Part shown: in pieces, positions 1 to 13,039 of the stretch | Position numbering within the stretch: the stretch's first letter is position 1 | Layout: every line of letters starts with the position of its first letter | NCBI GenBank assembly: GCA_028534125.1 | Contig: CM052816.1 | Location: forward strand, 97,652,001-97,716,000 | DNA: 64,000 nt | DNA from: Lama glama | Lineage: Eukaryota | Direction of reading: 5' to 3' | Made by a program: the position numbers and the translations under genes | Notes under the pieces: model-generated | The model's input: the letters and a program-made list of their open reading frames with translations, nothing else | The model's database searches: none | Told to the model about the DNA's origin: nothing

Positions 1-54
1 GGAACCCCCCCCCCAGTCTCAATCCATTTATTTTTTATTCTCTATATTCAATAA

Positions 55-172
55 CCTTTCATTAACCATAATGGAAAGGAATACAAAAACACATATGTGT
101 CTGAATTGCCTTTCTGTACACCAGAAACTAACACAACATTGGAAGTCAACTATACTTCAGTAAAATAAAATA
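55..172 (+). mobile_element. L1 3' terminal fragment (cetartiodactyl-type 3'UTR end with A-rich tail)
   Basis: ctgtacaccagaaactaacacaacattggaagtcaactatacttcagtaaaataaaa resembles the L1 3' end; the same motif recurs at ~40700-40750 and, reversed, at 6311-6380. Confidence 0.8.
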
Positions 173-529
173 AGAGGTCATCTTTCTTCAGAACTTTAAA
201 GTGATCATTCTATGTGTTCTAGCATCAAGCATTGCTGTTGAACTTTTCGACGTCATTCTGATCCCCTTTTTGTTTGATCTGATTTGCTCTCATTGGATGT
301 GTTTTTTCCTAAAAATTCTATAGATAGATGTCATCTGTACTGGTTTGGTCTCTGTCATTTTTTTCAATTCATTTAAAAGCCATCAACAAGTGGCTTCCAA
401 TTAATGGGAATTCCATGTCCTCTTAACTCTCCTCATACCTCTTTAGGGAAGATTCAGATAAGCAGCACAGGGGCCAAAGGACCTGCTAAAATAAGAGCTG
501 TGTGTGTTTAAGTGTGTTAAGAATTTTAC

Positions 530-640
530 GGCAGCCCTGAACTGGGATGTATATTATTTCTCCCATTTTATCTTCACGGAAACTAGGGCTGAGATGTTGA
601 TTAAAAGCTCAAGAGCACAGTGAGCCAGGGCAGAGCCAGA
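530..640 (-). mobile_element. MIR SINE fragment
   Basis: attatttctcccattttatcttcacggaaactagggctgagatg...cagagccag resembles the reverse-complemented MIR core. Confidence 0.65.
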
Positions 641-1200
641 GGCAGAGCCAGGGGCGACTGAAAGGGGAGGTGATCAATCCCCGACGGCCTGAGAGCTGAA
701 TCTGAAAAGGACCCGTTGGTGCCCAGTGAGTCTTGGTGTGCAAGTCGCTCACAGGAAGCAGCACCCTCACTGTGGCCGACAGAGCAGCCAGTCCTGGAGA
801 GCCCGATGCTTCAAGCTGTAGCTCCCCATCCGCATTGTTTCATGTATGGATTTAAGAGGGCAAAAAGCATTTCCCTTCTCAATAATTTCCTTTGGGCTGA
901 TGACTTTAAACAGCTGTATGTCCTGCCAGGAGAAAGAGAATGAGGATGGAATCTGGAATGTTTTTACAGTAATTCTTGCACCCTCTACTCTGGCATCCCC
1001 CAGGCTTTTGGAATGACCCACAGCAGGCATTGTCAGCTCTGAAAAATTGCATCCACAAAAAGCAAATTAATTTTATGTTTCTATGCACATGATTCAGCAA
1101 GTCCTCAAATCTCTGTTCTAAGCAAAATTGGTGTAATGACCAAAAAAAAAAAATCAACTCAACAAATAAAAATATTTACCTAGTGTAATTATTTAATTAG

Positions 1201-1640
1201 TGTGATGGTTAATTTTATGTGTCAGCTTGGAAAGGCCATGGTGCCCAGTGCCTTGCAAGGACTGGTCTAGATGCTGCTGTGAAAGTAATTTTTAGAGATA
1301 ATTGCCATTGAAATTAGTGGGCTTTCAGTAAAGCAGACTACCCTCCACAATGTGGGTGGACGTCATCCCAACAGTTGAAGGCCTTGGAGCAGACTGCGGC
1401 TTCCCAGAGCAGAAGAAATGCTGCCTCTTACTGGCAACATGGAAATCCTGCACGAGTTACCAGCTTGCTGTCTTGGGAAATTCAGATAAAAGCCGGAAAT
1501 GTCAACACTTGGCCAAATTTACAGCCTGCTGGCCTGCCGAAGGATCTCAGACTCGCCAGTGAGCTAGTTCTTGGTGCGGGGGTGGGGATGGAATAGAGAC
1601 GTTCTTGAGAGAGATGATACAGATGCATGGTAGATCGGTA
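1201..1640 (+). mobile_element. MLT2-type (ERVL) LTR
   Basis: Starts tgtgatggttaattttatgtgtcagcttgg, the MLT2 5' signature, and contains aagcagactaccctccacaatgtgggtgg. Confidence 0.85.
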
Positions 1641-2289
1641 GTAGTTCCTTTCCAGTCCTTTCTTTGAGCTTATTTTGTTCTTTTTTTTTTCTAAATTCCT
1701 ATTTTGTACTTAGTTCATTCATTTTCAGTCTTTTTTCCCCAATAATTGCATTTAAAGTGATGACTTTCTTAGTCGCCTATGTTTTGAATGTGATACTAAT
1801 TTCATTGAGTTTTAAATATTTCCTAATTCTATTATGGTTGATTTCTTAAATCAAGGGTTACTTAACAGTATTTCTTAATGTAAATATAAAGGACTTTGCC
1901 AGTGACATGTTTTTATTGATCTCCAGCTTACTTGAATGGTGGTCATACTATTTGCTGTGTAATTGTTAGGGGGGACCCCTCTTCACTTCTGCTAATGCTT
2001 GTGCCTCAAAACCTACTATTTTTGGTACTGACATAGCTACAGCCACTGCGCTTTGTTCCTTTGCCTGTCAATCTTTCTGTGTCCTTGTAGTTCAGATGTT
2101 CCTCCATAAATAGCAAACAGTTAGGTTTTGGTTTTTAACTCCTTCTCATTATCTTTGTCTTTATTTGGAACATTTAGTCCATTAATTTATAATGTAATAT
2201 CCAGTTTTAAAAGGATCATATTAACTATGTGCTTTCTATTTGTCCAAATTTTTCTCTGTTCTTTTCCTCCCACACTTTTTGATTTCTTT

Positions 2290-2428
2290 CTTTTTTCCCC
2301 AGTATTATTGACGTATACTTGACGTCCAGCACTGTAAAGGTTAAAGCGTACAGCATGATGACTTGGCTTACTTATATTGGGAAATGATGACCACAGTAAA
2401 TGTAGTGAACATCCATCATCTCATACAG

Positions 2429-2462
<34 letters not shown>

Positions 2463-2620
2463 AAAAAGAAATATATTTTCCCCTTATGATGAGAACTTTT
2501 AGGATCTTCTCTCTTTGCAGCTTTCACACATACCACACAGCAGTCTTAACTATTGTCATCATGTTGAAGATTACACCCCCAGGACTTGTTTACAACTGGA
2601 AGTTTGCACCTTTCTGATCC
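2290..2620 (-). mobile_element. L1 3'UTR fragment carrying an (AC)14 microsatellite
   Basis: Reverse of the L1 3' end also seen at 61150-61410 (gtgaacatccatc...tgatgagaact); (AC)n at 2429-2457. Confidence 0.75.
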
Positions 2621-2719
2621 ACAAACCTGATTTCTTTTTCTATGAGTTTGACTTCTTGATGGCTGCTTTAATTATTCCATGTTGTTGCTGTTGTTATATT
2701 GGGTGTTATGTCAAATAAA

Positions 2720-3965
2720 TTTTTAAAAAATTTATAGATATAGTTGATGTACAATATTATATAAGTTTCAGATGTACAACATGACTCATAATATTTAAAG
2801 ATTATATTCCATTATTAATAATTATTATAGAATATTGTCTATATTCCCTGTGTTGTACAAAATATTCTTGTAGCTTATTTATCTTATACATTGTAGTTTG
2901 TATCTCTTAACCTCCTACCCCTATCATGCCCGTTTCCCCTTCCCTCTCCCCACTGATAACCAGTCTTTTCTCTGTATCTGAGTCTGTTTCTGTTTTGTTA
3001 TCTTCACCAGTTTGCTTTATATTTTATATTCCACATATAAGTGATATCACTCAGTATTTGTCTTTCTCTGCCTGACTTACTTCACTTAGCATAATACCCT
3101 CCAAGTTCATCCATGTTGTTGCAAATGGCAACATTTTAATCTTTTTTATTGCTGGGTAGTATTCCGTTGTGTATATAGACCACATCTTCTTTATCCATTC
3201 ATCTGTTGGTGAACACTTAGGTTGCTTCCATATCTTGACTATTGCAAACAATGCTGCTATGAACATTGGTGTGAATGTATATTTTTGAATTAACGTTTTC
3301 GTTTATTTGGACATCTACCCAGGAGAGGATTTGCTGGATCAATGGTAATTCTATTTTTAGATTTTGAAGGCACCTCTATACTGTTTTCCATAAAGGCTGT
3401 ACCAATTTACATCCCACCAGCAGTGTACATGGGTTCCCTTTTCTCCACATCCTCGCCAACATTTGCTATTTGTGTTCTTTTTGATGAAGGCCATTCTGAC
3501 AGGTGTGAGGTGATAGCTCATTGTGGTTTTGACTTGCATTTCTCTGATGGTTAATGATATTGACTATCTTTTCATGTGCCTGTTGGCCATCTATATGTCC
3601 TCTTTGGAAAAATGTCTATTCAGGTCTTCTGTCAATTTTTTAACTGGATTTTTAAAAATTTTGAGTTGTACAGGCTGTTTATATACTTTGGATATTAACC
3701 TCTTATTGGCTAAACCATTTGGAAATATTTTCTGCCATTCAGTAGGTTGTCTTTTTGTTTTGTCTGTGGTTTACTTCGCTGTGCAGAAGCTTTTAAGCTT
3801 AATTAGGTTCCATGTGTTTATTTTTGCTTTCATTTCCTTTGCTTTAGGAGATAGAGCCAAAAAAATTGCTTTGATTTATATCAAAGAATATTCCACTTAT
3901 TTTTTCTTCTAGAAGTTTTATGGTTTCCAGTCTTACATTTAAGTCTTTGATCCATTTTGAGTTTA
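2720..3965 (-). mobile_element. 5'-truncated L1: ORF2 C-terminal part plus 3'UTR
   Basis: Minus-strand ORFs 3357-3539 ([17 protein letters not shown], the L1 ORF2 Cys-rich region) and 3051-3266 (MFIAALFAIVKIWKQPKCSPTDEWIKKMW), broken by frameshifts and stops. Confidence 0.95.
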
Positions 3966-6310
3966 GAGAATTGGTGATGGAGAATAAATAGTTTCCTCTT
4001 ACTGTATTCCCCATATTTTTTCATTTCTTTTTGTATTTTTGAATTCTTCTTACATTTCTATGTTTAAATTTGGATTTTTCTTGCCCATCTTCCAGTTCAC
4101 TAACTCTCCCTTCAGCTGTGGCTTATATGCAGCTAAATCCTCTTGTTGAATTTTTAATTAACTTATTTCATTTAACAGCTCTGGAATTTCTATTTGGTTC
4201 CTTTTCAAAATTGCAATGTCACTTGTTTGTTTCTAGATCTGTTAAAATTTTTAGCCTTTTTAATTATCTTCTGATCATAGTAAATATTATTATTTAATAG
4301 TTTCTACTTGGTGATCCCAATATCTTACAGCTTTTCATGTTTTCTTTTTCTTTTCATTCATGTGGTTTTCCCCTTGTCTGCCAGGTTATCTTTTATTTTT
4401 GTGCCAAGTATTTTATTCATAAATATTATTCATAGAAGCAGTTGGCAGCTAAGGATTATGTCATCTTCCTCCAGAGAGGATGGTTAATAGTTTCCTAGAC
4501 ACCTAGGATGCTAGCAACCTAGGATAAACTTTATCCAGTTTCAGAAAGTGATGGTTTTCTGAGCACCCAGATGACTCCGTGTTGGACTGCAGCCTGTGTA
4601 AAAGCTGGTTTCCTGGGGTATAAACTTTCACGTTCCAACCAAAGGCACAGAAGATTTATCAAGACCCTACTCCAACAGATCCCTAACTCCAACTTTTGGT
4701 CCCCTGAGTGAGAGGCCGGCTAATGAACTACGTCACGTCTTATCCTTATTTTCTATACTGGCAAATGCTCCATGGCCAAGGTTGTCCCAAATGCCAAGTT
4801 CATCCTTTAGGCTTTCTCTTAGTATTGGCCAAATGACTCAGTACCTCATTAAGTCTCTTTTGTGCTCAAGTACATTTGTATAACGTATAATTTACTCTAT
4901 ATGATGTTGCAGTCCTTAATGGGAGGATTGAGCCGAATTCCTGGTCAACTAATAGGCAGGCAGAAACCCCTCTCTTTTGCTCTTAAATACACTAATCTGG
5001 ACTTCTGCCTGCACAATGCCACTGAAAATTGAAATAGTTTTTAATTGCTAAATCCAGTCTTTATCAACAGACCAAGCTAATCCTAACCCCCAGTAAATAA
5101 TCTTTATTTACTACTAAGAAGTATGTTAGTGCTCTCCCCCGATATATTTTTATATATACATAGAAACATACATGTACACACATATACATACACACACATC
5201 CGTGCACACACAAAGATCAAGAAGAATGCAAAATATACATGTTGATATGTTATGTTATGTTCTTTTTTTTGGGGGGGGTTGTTATGTAGAAAGGGATGAC
5301 TAAAAAAGTGCCCTTCAGGGAGACCTCATGTTAAGTGTGGTATATATGTGCGTGTGTGCGTGTGTGCATGTGTGTGTGTGTAAGTCAGCTTACTTTATTT
5401 TTGTAATGCTCTTTTCACTAAACAGTTTGTGTTTAATTTTTTTTACACACTAAAGCTTTTACATGTCAAGATTTGCAATACCATGCCATTTTTTATTGAA
5501 AGTTAGTTATTACTTCTGGTAAAATGTATTCTTATTCCCTTTCTGTTGAACATTTAATTATTTTCTTTCTATTTTTCTTAATTTTAAACAATGCTACAAT
5601 TAATTCCCTTGAATGTGAACATATAGATTGTTGTGCAATTTTATTTTGAAATAGATTCCTTGAAGTGTAAATGCTGAATCAAAATATAAAGGGATTTAAC
5701 ATTTTTAATTTAAAAACATATTAAGATGCTGCCAAATATCTTCACTATATTTGGGAATCTTGCTTTCTTACTTTGTGACCAGCTGATATGAATCTACAGT
5801 TCTAACTTTAGTTTATGTTGACTTATGGTTTAAGGGTTGCCTAGTTGAAGAAAGAAACCTCATGAGACTATATGATCGTCAACAAAATAATCCTGAATTT
5901 ACTAAATTATGATACTTATTTGTCAATTTCATCAACCAACTGTGCCAAAGTTTTATTAAAATTTAGCTTTTAAACATCCATGTTTTAGTATTTCAGTCAG
6001 TTGTTCTTACAGAGTAATCAGAATATGCATGTTTTTAGTGTGTTAACAAGTAGATTTAAAACTCATTGAAAGTCATCATTTGAAAGATGATTAAACAGGA
6101 CATAAAATTGTTTCCAATTTTTTAAGTATGTGGACATAATTTTCAGGGTGACAATAACTTTAGCACCACCACCATATGGCTCCAATTACAAGAAACATTT
6201 CCATATATCTACTTCCCAATGCTTTTGTCAGAGTGCACATTTCTTTCAAAATGTGATTGCTTTTTTGTGCTTGGTTAAAATGCTATATTTACTTGGAAGA
6301 AATATATCAG

Positions 6311-6495
6311 CTTTTTTTTTTAACTGGAAGTATAGTTGATTCACAGTATTACATTAGTTTCAGGTGTATAACACAGTGATTCAGTATTTTTGCAGCATAT
6401 ACTCCATTATAAGTTATTACAAGATAATGGCTATAATCCCCTGTGCTATACAATATATCTCTGTTGCTTATTTATTTTATACGTAGTAGTTTGTG
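6311..6495 (-). mobile_element. L1 3' tail fragment
   Basis: Poly-T followed by tggaagtatagttgattcacagtattacattagtttcaggtgtataacacagtgattcag. Confidence 0.85.
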
Positions 6496-7149
6496 AAGAA
6501 GGGTTACAAATTAGGGGTATAGGATTAACAAATATATTACCTATTTTTACATTGAGAAACTACTTACTTCTAGCATCATTTATCAGGATATAATATTGGG
6601 GGAAAGGGTGGATGAGGCCCCTCTCCCCACTCCAGCCCCATCCTTTCCCCCACAGCTGAAGTTTCTTCTGAAACAACCAACTTTTCCCAGGTATTAGGAA
6701 TACCTGGAGATGAGCCCTTTGGTACAACACAGGTCTTTCTTATATTATCGGGAACCAGAATGTGGGCAGCAGTAATGTATGGATGCAAATATACAGAGAA
6801 AGGGCTCTGGTTTATTATATACCCTGAAGTCGCTAATAAGCCCAAGGCATTATAACATGGAAACTTTTTAGAAAGAATTGTCAGAAACTGTTTTCTCCCC
6901 AAAGGTAAATTATAACTTCAACAGAATAGGTGTCCAGGACCCAGCAATGCATCTAATGATCACCAGAAATCCATTCCCTTTGGGCAGGCTGCCGTGTGGC
7001 GCTCAGCTGGCAAGGACAGAATCTATTAGGCTAACCTTGCTGACAGGTAACAGACAAGTAATAGCCTGAGGTCAAATGCAAATGTCTTCTTCAAACGGTT
7101 AACATACCACAGAGAACTGTGACAGGTACCCATGTAACCTTGATTCTTT

Positions 7150-7305
7150 GTGTGTGTGTGTTGGGGGGGAGGTAATTAGGTAGGTTTGTTTGTTTGTTTG
7201 TTTGTTTATTTATTTATTTATTTATTTTTAATGGAGGTGCTTGGGATTGAACCCAGGACTTTGCACACGCTAAGCATGCACTCTACTCCTGAGCTGTACC
7301 CTCCC
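7150..7305 (-). mobile_element. tRNA-derived SINE (Vic-1-like, camelid) with (TTTG)n(TTTA)n linker
   Basis: Reverse complement reads gggagggtacagctcaggagtagagtgcatgcttagcgtgtgcaaagtcctgggttcaatcccaagcacctcc, with Pol III A-box and B-box; homologous to the copies at 13338 and 15250. Confidence 0.85.
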
Positions 7306-7859
7306 ACTACTGTTCATTCTTAAATTTAAAGTCTTGGCTCCAAGTGATCAATGGTTTCATTTTTGGTTGGAGTCACTGATTCTTGATGAGTCCAGCAGTT
7401 TCCTCTTTAAACAATAAGCTGATTAGTAGCAAAACCTTTCTTGAGATTTCTGTGTCCCCAAGGGGTAGAAAGCCATGGTATCATAATGCTGACCTGCCTT
7501 CAGCATAAGCATCTGTATAGAACTGAATGGGTGGCATCAGAAAGACGGCTTCACTGCAAGAGATAAAATCCCAGCCCTTGATGATGCCACGTGTCAAGTT
7601 TGACATCTCTTACACTTGTTTCCACTCCCCCAGAGTTTATAGGAGAGGAAAGGGAACCAGGACAGGTAAACAGGTCTCCTGAATACGGCTGAATACCTGT
7701 CCTGTACTGGCAACTTCCCAGAGAGAAGAGGATGCCTGGAAACCCAGAGGAGGGCAGTCCCTCCAGGGCCTGGGCAGTCACTGCAGCTCCTTAAAAATGC
7801 AACCTTGATCTTCACTGCGTTGGGCCTTGGGGGAGAAGTTGGCCAGGTTTGCATGCGGG

Positions 7860-7990
7860 TCCTTGTTTTGTTGCTCACAGTGGCATGGTCTTGTCTGTTA
7901 CTTAGCCCCTCTGTACTTCCATTTCCTCTCATGTCAAATGGGAATAAAAATATTTACCTTGCACACTTTAGTAAAAAAATTAATGTGTGA
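7860..7990 (+). mobile_element. MIR SINE fragment
   Basis: gttacttagcccctctgtacttccatttcctctcatgtcaaatgggaataa resembles the MIR core. Confidence 0.7.
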
Positions 7991-8009
7991 CCAGTGCAAA
8001 GATGAGTCC

Positions 8010-8372
8010 ACACTGCTCCAGTTTACTAGAATCATGTGTGCCACACAGTCCCTGCCCTGCCCTTTTCAACATAGAGAGCAAGATGAACACTGCTTCACTC
8101 CCACTCCCCAAATCTCACACAAACTGCCCCTCGTGGCTCATCACAGATGGAAATGTGCCAGGAAGGGAGTTCTAAGAGACATTCTTGCTGAGTCCACGGG
8201 ACACCTTCACAGGACACCCTTTGCCAACTTGACACTTGCATGCATCTCTCTAAACCACTATTCACTTCCAAATAAGAATGATGACAAAGACATGCTTTTC
8301 ACTCACATGATGCCACTATCACACGTACAACCAAAAACACACTAACGCTTTCTGCAGAAGAGAATATACTCA
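8010..8372 (-). mobile_element. ERVL LTR remnant plus 3' end of the ERVL internal region
   Basis: 8215-8370 (ccctttgccaacttgacac...gtacaaccaaaaacacactaac) resembles the reverse complement of the ERVL internal 3' end next to the polypurine tract; 8010-8210 resembles an old MLT2/MLT1-type LTR. Confidence 0.65.
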
Positions 8373-8419
8373 GCTCAGGCCTATGGATTAATTGAATATT
8401 GTGTACAACCAGCAGGAGG

Positions 8420-8830
8420 GGGAAAATCCCCAGCTGGGTATTATGGGTGGATTGGCTCAGAATGCAGGAACCAGCTGAGAGTAAGTGTCAGCTGACCACA
8501 GTCTCACTCAAGTGTGGTCTTGAAAGACAGTGGAGAGGGAAATCCTCCCAGTGGGCAGTTTGGGACAATGCGCTTGGCCATCCACTGTGTACAAAGAGAG
8601 AAGTGACCAAAGGGTAAACCATATACAAGACCAGTGGGGCAGTGATGAATAGCCCAGCCAGCTAGTCGGCAGCCTGGAAAGTAGGTTGGTTGGTGGACAC
8701 AAAGGCTGGACAGAAGTATGTGGAAGGGCATACAGGAGTGGGCAGGCATTAGAGCATCTTCACAGAAGATACACCGGGCAACCAAGTAGACACAATGGTG
8801 CAGCCAGCTGACATCGACCAGCTTTGTCAC
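8420..8830 (+). mobile_element. ERVL pol relic (RNase H region), pseudogenised
   Basis: Frame-shifted translation LKDSGEG/KSSQWA...AIHCVQREK*PKGKPYT..WAVMN...WK...NQVDTMVQPAD resembles the ERVL RNase H motif LKDSGEGKSSQWAEL...YTDSWAVANG. Confidence 0.8.
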
Positions 8831-8852
8831 CGGCTTAAATCACACAGAGTCC

Positions 8853-8963
8853 TCTAGACTCTGAGCTCCCAGAAGGCAGGGACTCTATTATACTGATTGA
8901 TCTTTGTGTCCCGGGTACCAGGCACTGTATCACGGCAAGAATGAGTGTCTTCATTCATTCAAC
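8853..8963 (+). mobile_element. L2 3' end fragment
   Basis: ctagactctgagctcccagaaggcagggact...ccaggcac...gaatgagt resembles the L2 3' terminus. Confidence 0.65.
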
Positions 8964-11009
8964 GTTCTCCTGTGGGCAGTTGTTTTATTCTTCCTTTTGC
9001 TACTTGGAAATAAAAGGAAAAAGAAAAAACAACTCATAAAAGTCACGGGGCTGGGCACAAGTCACTTTCACATCCAAGATCAAAAGAATTCGTCTTCAAA
9101 AATGTGTGACAAGACTGACTTTGTTGGTACTTTTTGTGGCCTCTGTGCGTAGGCCTTGAGTCCAGAGAAGTGACAAGCACCCGGCATGCTTGGTGACAAT
9201 AAAAGAGTTAAATATCTGCTTTCCCACACGCCATAAACAATGTCCAAGGGCTCCAAGACACTGAAAGTGTCAATAATAAATTCATATTTATGTTTCAGCA
9301 GGAAGAAAACCTCAGTCTTTTTTTAGCTAATAATTCTATCAACCAGGTTTGGCAGCCTGAGCTGTTTCTCTTCTCCCCAGACAAGGTCTTTCCCACAGGA
9401 AGATATAAATAATGACATCACATTTTTAGACCCACTAAGCCCACACATGTTGTAAATTTATAGTTGTCGCCCATCTGTGCGGACAGCAAGTGCATCTTGA
9501 AGAAGAAAAACAAGTGAACTTCTTCAACTCTAAGCCTAGTAACATTGTAAAATGGTTATAAATCAATAAAAAATGTTAAAAAAATTTTAAAAAATCATTT
9601 TAGTCTAAACGTAGTTTTACTCTGAAAATCTGTGTGAAAGTATATTTGAAATGGAGTTTGCATTTTAATTGAATAGATCAAAAATCACTTTAATCATAAT
9701 ATAAGGCAGCAGTATGAGCAATTAAATTGGCCAATCCTATATAGTTCTATGGTTTGGGAAACAGGAAGCTTCAGGGATGGGGGACGGATGAAGCACAGAT
9801 TATTATGAAGTTCTCTTGATTGGCACCTGTGAGGCTGCACCTGTGTCATACTCTTCCATGCCCACATTGAATTGCTTCATCTCGACCTGGTCAGACCCCG
9901 GCAGATTCTACTGTGAACGCCCCACAGAACCCAGCTCAGTGCCTTCAGCACTCAGCAGGATTCGTTAATTGAGCAAATGAATGACAAGTGCTATTTGTGA
10001 CATTTTTATATAAGTCCAAAGATTTGAATTTAGACATTTTTGAATCCTTTGGAAACAAATTTTAATAGAGCAAAAAACTGAGCTACTAAGAAAATTAGGT
10101 GACCAGCTCATTGGCCATGTTTTTATTTATATAAAATACTGCAGTGATGGTCCATGTCACCCAGGCACATGCTTTGGCAAGTGATGCCATTTATGCTAGG
10201 GCATCAGTGTCCCACAAAGTCTTGCAAGATGGGGAGGCTGAGGCTAAGAGATGTGAATGGACCACTTAAGTCACAAGGCTGATGAGTGGGAGAGCAGAAA
10301 CTCAAGCCCTCACTTGACTCCGGGGATCGCACCCTCAACTGTGCCAGGGACACAATTTCCAGGCTCAGCCGGCTGATTTCTAAGAACCAGAAGAGAAGCC
10401 AACTCCACCATCTCCCCTGCAGGTGGCCAGTGGTGTGACAGTTACAGCCTTCGCCACTGGCAGTTCTTTTGGTGGCCAAACTTGAGTTACTCTATTGCCC
10501 TAAATATATGCTTATAAATATCCATTTTGTCATTAGTAAAGTTGGGCATCTAATGATACGTTTCTTCACCATTGTCTGTCGTTTCTTCACTTGTTCATGG
10601 CCTTTATCCATTTTCCTGTTGGTTCTTTGGTCTCCTCTTTGTTGGCACTTCATGTTGCACAGGTCAGTTCCTTGTCATGAAAACACTCTCCTGGTCTGTC
10701 ACTGGCCTTTAATTTTGCCTGTGCTGGCTGTGTTTTACTCCAAAAACTCTTTTTTCATGCAGTGAGGTAGTCAATTTGCATTATATTATTGCTTTTGGGG
10801 TTTCGTTTGTCAGAGAAAAAATTTAAGGTCTTAAACTATTTTATTAAACAAAGCTAGAATTAAAAAGAAGTGTTTTGGCTGCATTCCATCAAGCACAAGT
10901 ACAAATAATCATGTCAGCTCAACCGTCCTAAAGATACTTATGTTTTCATTTTTTAAATGTGATGTCGCAATTTTATCATGAATGCGTTGGGCGTTTTAAT
11001 TTTAACTGG

Positions 11010-11460
11010 AGGAGGCATGGAACATAGAGGTTAGAGCTGCACTAACGTGACAGCTCCCAGCCACGTGCGTCTATTTACACTTCAATTCAATTCAATTAGA
11101 AAGAGGATCTTGATTCCAAGAGTGACATTTCAACTACTCAACAGCCACATGGCTAGGGGCTACCGTGCATAGTGCAGATGTGAGGTCCACTATCACAGAA
11201 AGAGCTCTTGCCAACATTGGGTCAGATCCTGGATTTCAGAGGCTGGATGCATTAGACAATATCTCAGCCACCATGCTTTGCTCACTGTTTGACCTTGAGT
11301 GGGTCACTGAAACCCTCTGTGCCTCAGTTCTCTCACCTGAAAAATGGGATATGTAGAACTACATCTTAAGATAGTTGTATAGAGTAAATGAGTTAATACA
11401 TATAACCATTTAGAACTGTGTCTGGAACATAGTAGGTCCTCAGTAAGTATTAGCTATTAT
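11010..11460 (+). mobile_element. MIR SINE split by a MER3 insertion
   Basis: MIR head (ggaggcatggaacatagaggttagag) lies before 11037; the body (gaccttgagtgggtcactgaaaccctctgtgcctcagttctctcacctgaaaaatggg...tagctattat) lies after 11220. Confidence 0.8.
11037..11219 (-). mobile_element. MER3-like non-autonomous hAT-Charlie DNA transposon
   Basis: cagccacgtgcgtctattta...catttcaactactcaacagccacatggctaggggctaccgt; imperfect 8-bp TSD ggttagag/ggtcagat; homologous to 52795-52992. Confidence 0.75.
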
Positions 11461-13039
11461 AATAATTATTTTATACAATAAAATTAATATTATATATTAT
11501 TTATATTGTAGATTAACTCCATTGATTTTTATTCTTCTAGAAGAGTTTAGAGCTGTGATATAGTCACAACGGTCAAAGACCTTTTTCTCAAACCAGCTTT
11601 AGACTAAAATGATGTAAGTTCATGTCTATTATTATTAGTCATGCTCTGAACAGGTTAACATTTGGATCTACGTAAATGAATTATACCCAACCAATCTATC
11701 TCCTTAAGTGTGCACTGTGTAATAAATATAAAAGCAACTATAGTTTGCACAGTTCCTATTATACGTATGTTCCATGCTAGACATTTTCAAATGATGTTAT
11801 TTAATCTTCACAAAAAAAATCTTACAAGGCATCTATTTTCATTTCTACTTAAAAAAAAAAATGGCAACTAACACTTGGAGAGTAACCTAAATTAACTAGG
11901 ACCCAAATTAGCCAAGACAGCTACTAAGTGACAGGGCGGCTGACGTAGTTAGGATCGACCACAGCGCATCCTGTGTCTACAAATGATTTCAGTGACAAGA
12001 ACTAGAACTCCTTTGTACAGGTCCATAATCTTGGAGCATAAACAAAATTTCATTGTTGCTATACAGAGAAAAAAATGACGTAAGTGTCATTCCAACTGAT
12101 GATTTACAATGGCAGCTGAACTTCAGAAAATGAAGAATTATCAAGTAAAACTACTGTTCACTTAACAGAAGTTAAAACAGGAATAGAACTAGTACTTAAT
12201 TCATGGGAACAAAGCTAGGCAAACAATTGCAGTTACCGCAGTGCCTCAGACGAGTAAAGCACCTTAAATGTTAGCTGCGAACATCACGAGGAGGAGGAAG
12301 GAGGGAAGAAAGAGACGGAAATACAGAGAAGAATAAATGAAGCGAAAGGGGGAAATTGATAATGAAGGAATTCCCTGAAAACATCTGGGTTTTTTTTAGT
12401 AGCTATTCTTAAAAATGAACTGGATATAATAAGTTTTGTTGGTCCTTATCCTCACAACCACACCATGAACTAACTCAGATAGTATTCCCATTTCATAGGT
12501 GAATATGGACTTTCAAAGAAGTTTACCAATCAGTGTATGGTCACAGTGGTGTTAAAATGTAGATCTTCCTTATATCAGCATCAGTACCTATTCTTTTCCA
12601 GTTAGAAAGGAGTTATTTCCACCTCCCAATGGTAAGCTAACTGCCAGCTATTGGTCACATTTACTGTTTAAGTTATACTGTGCTTCCTTTGGCAAACTGC
12701 AGCCATTCATTCATCTACTCAATGACTATTTAATGAAGCCTTCTAAGGTCTAGATCCTGGGCTTTGCACAAGGGACACAGAAGCAAGGAGGCAGACAGAG
12801 ACCTGGTCCTCATGAATCTTATACTGTGGCAAGAGCCTGAGGCATAAACTAAATAACGGTTAGTGTGATGAATGAGGACTTAATGGAAGCAACTAGCCTA
12901 ATGTACAAACGAAGGAAATACTTTCCTGGAAAAGCAATATTGGAACAACTATGTGAAGTAGGAGCTGATTATGTCAAAGTTGTGGAAAAGGAAGGATGGG
13001 GACAGGAGGCAGAGAAAATGTAATATACTGTAATATGTG

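Noticed and set aside
3051..3912. Protein-like ORFs here and at 25246-26077, 39515-40323, 57853-58065 and 59240-59437
   Set aside because: Sense or antisense translations of decayed L1 ORF2, not host genes.
12021..12079. Plus-strand exon-like block (tttgtacag| ... GAC|gtaagt)
   Set aside because: Stops in all three frames and no partner exons; indistinguishable from a pseudo-exon.
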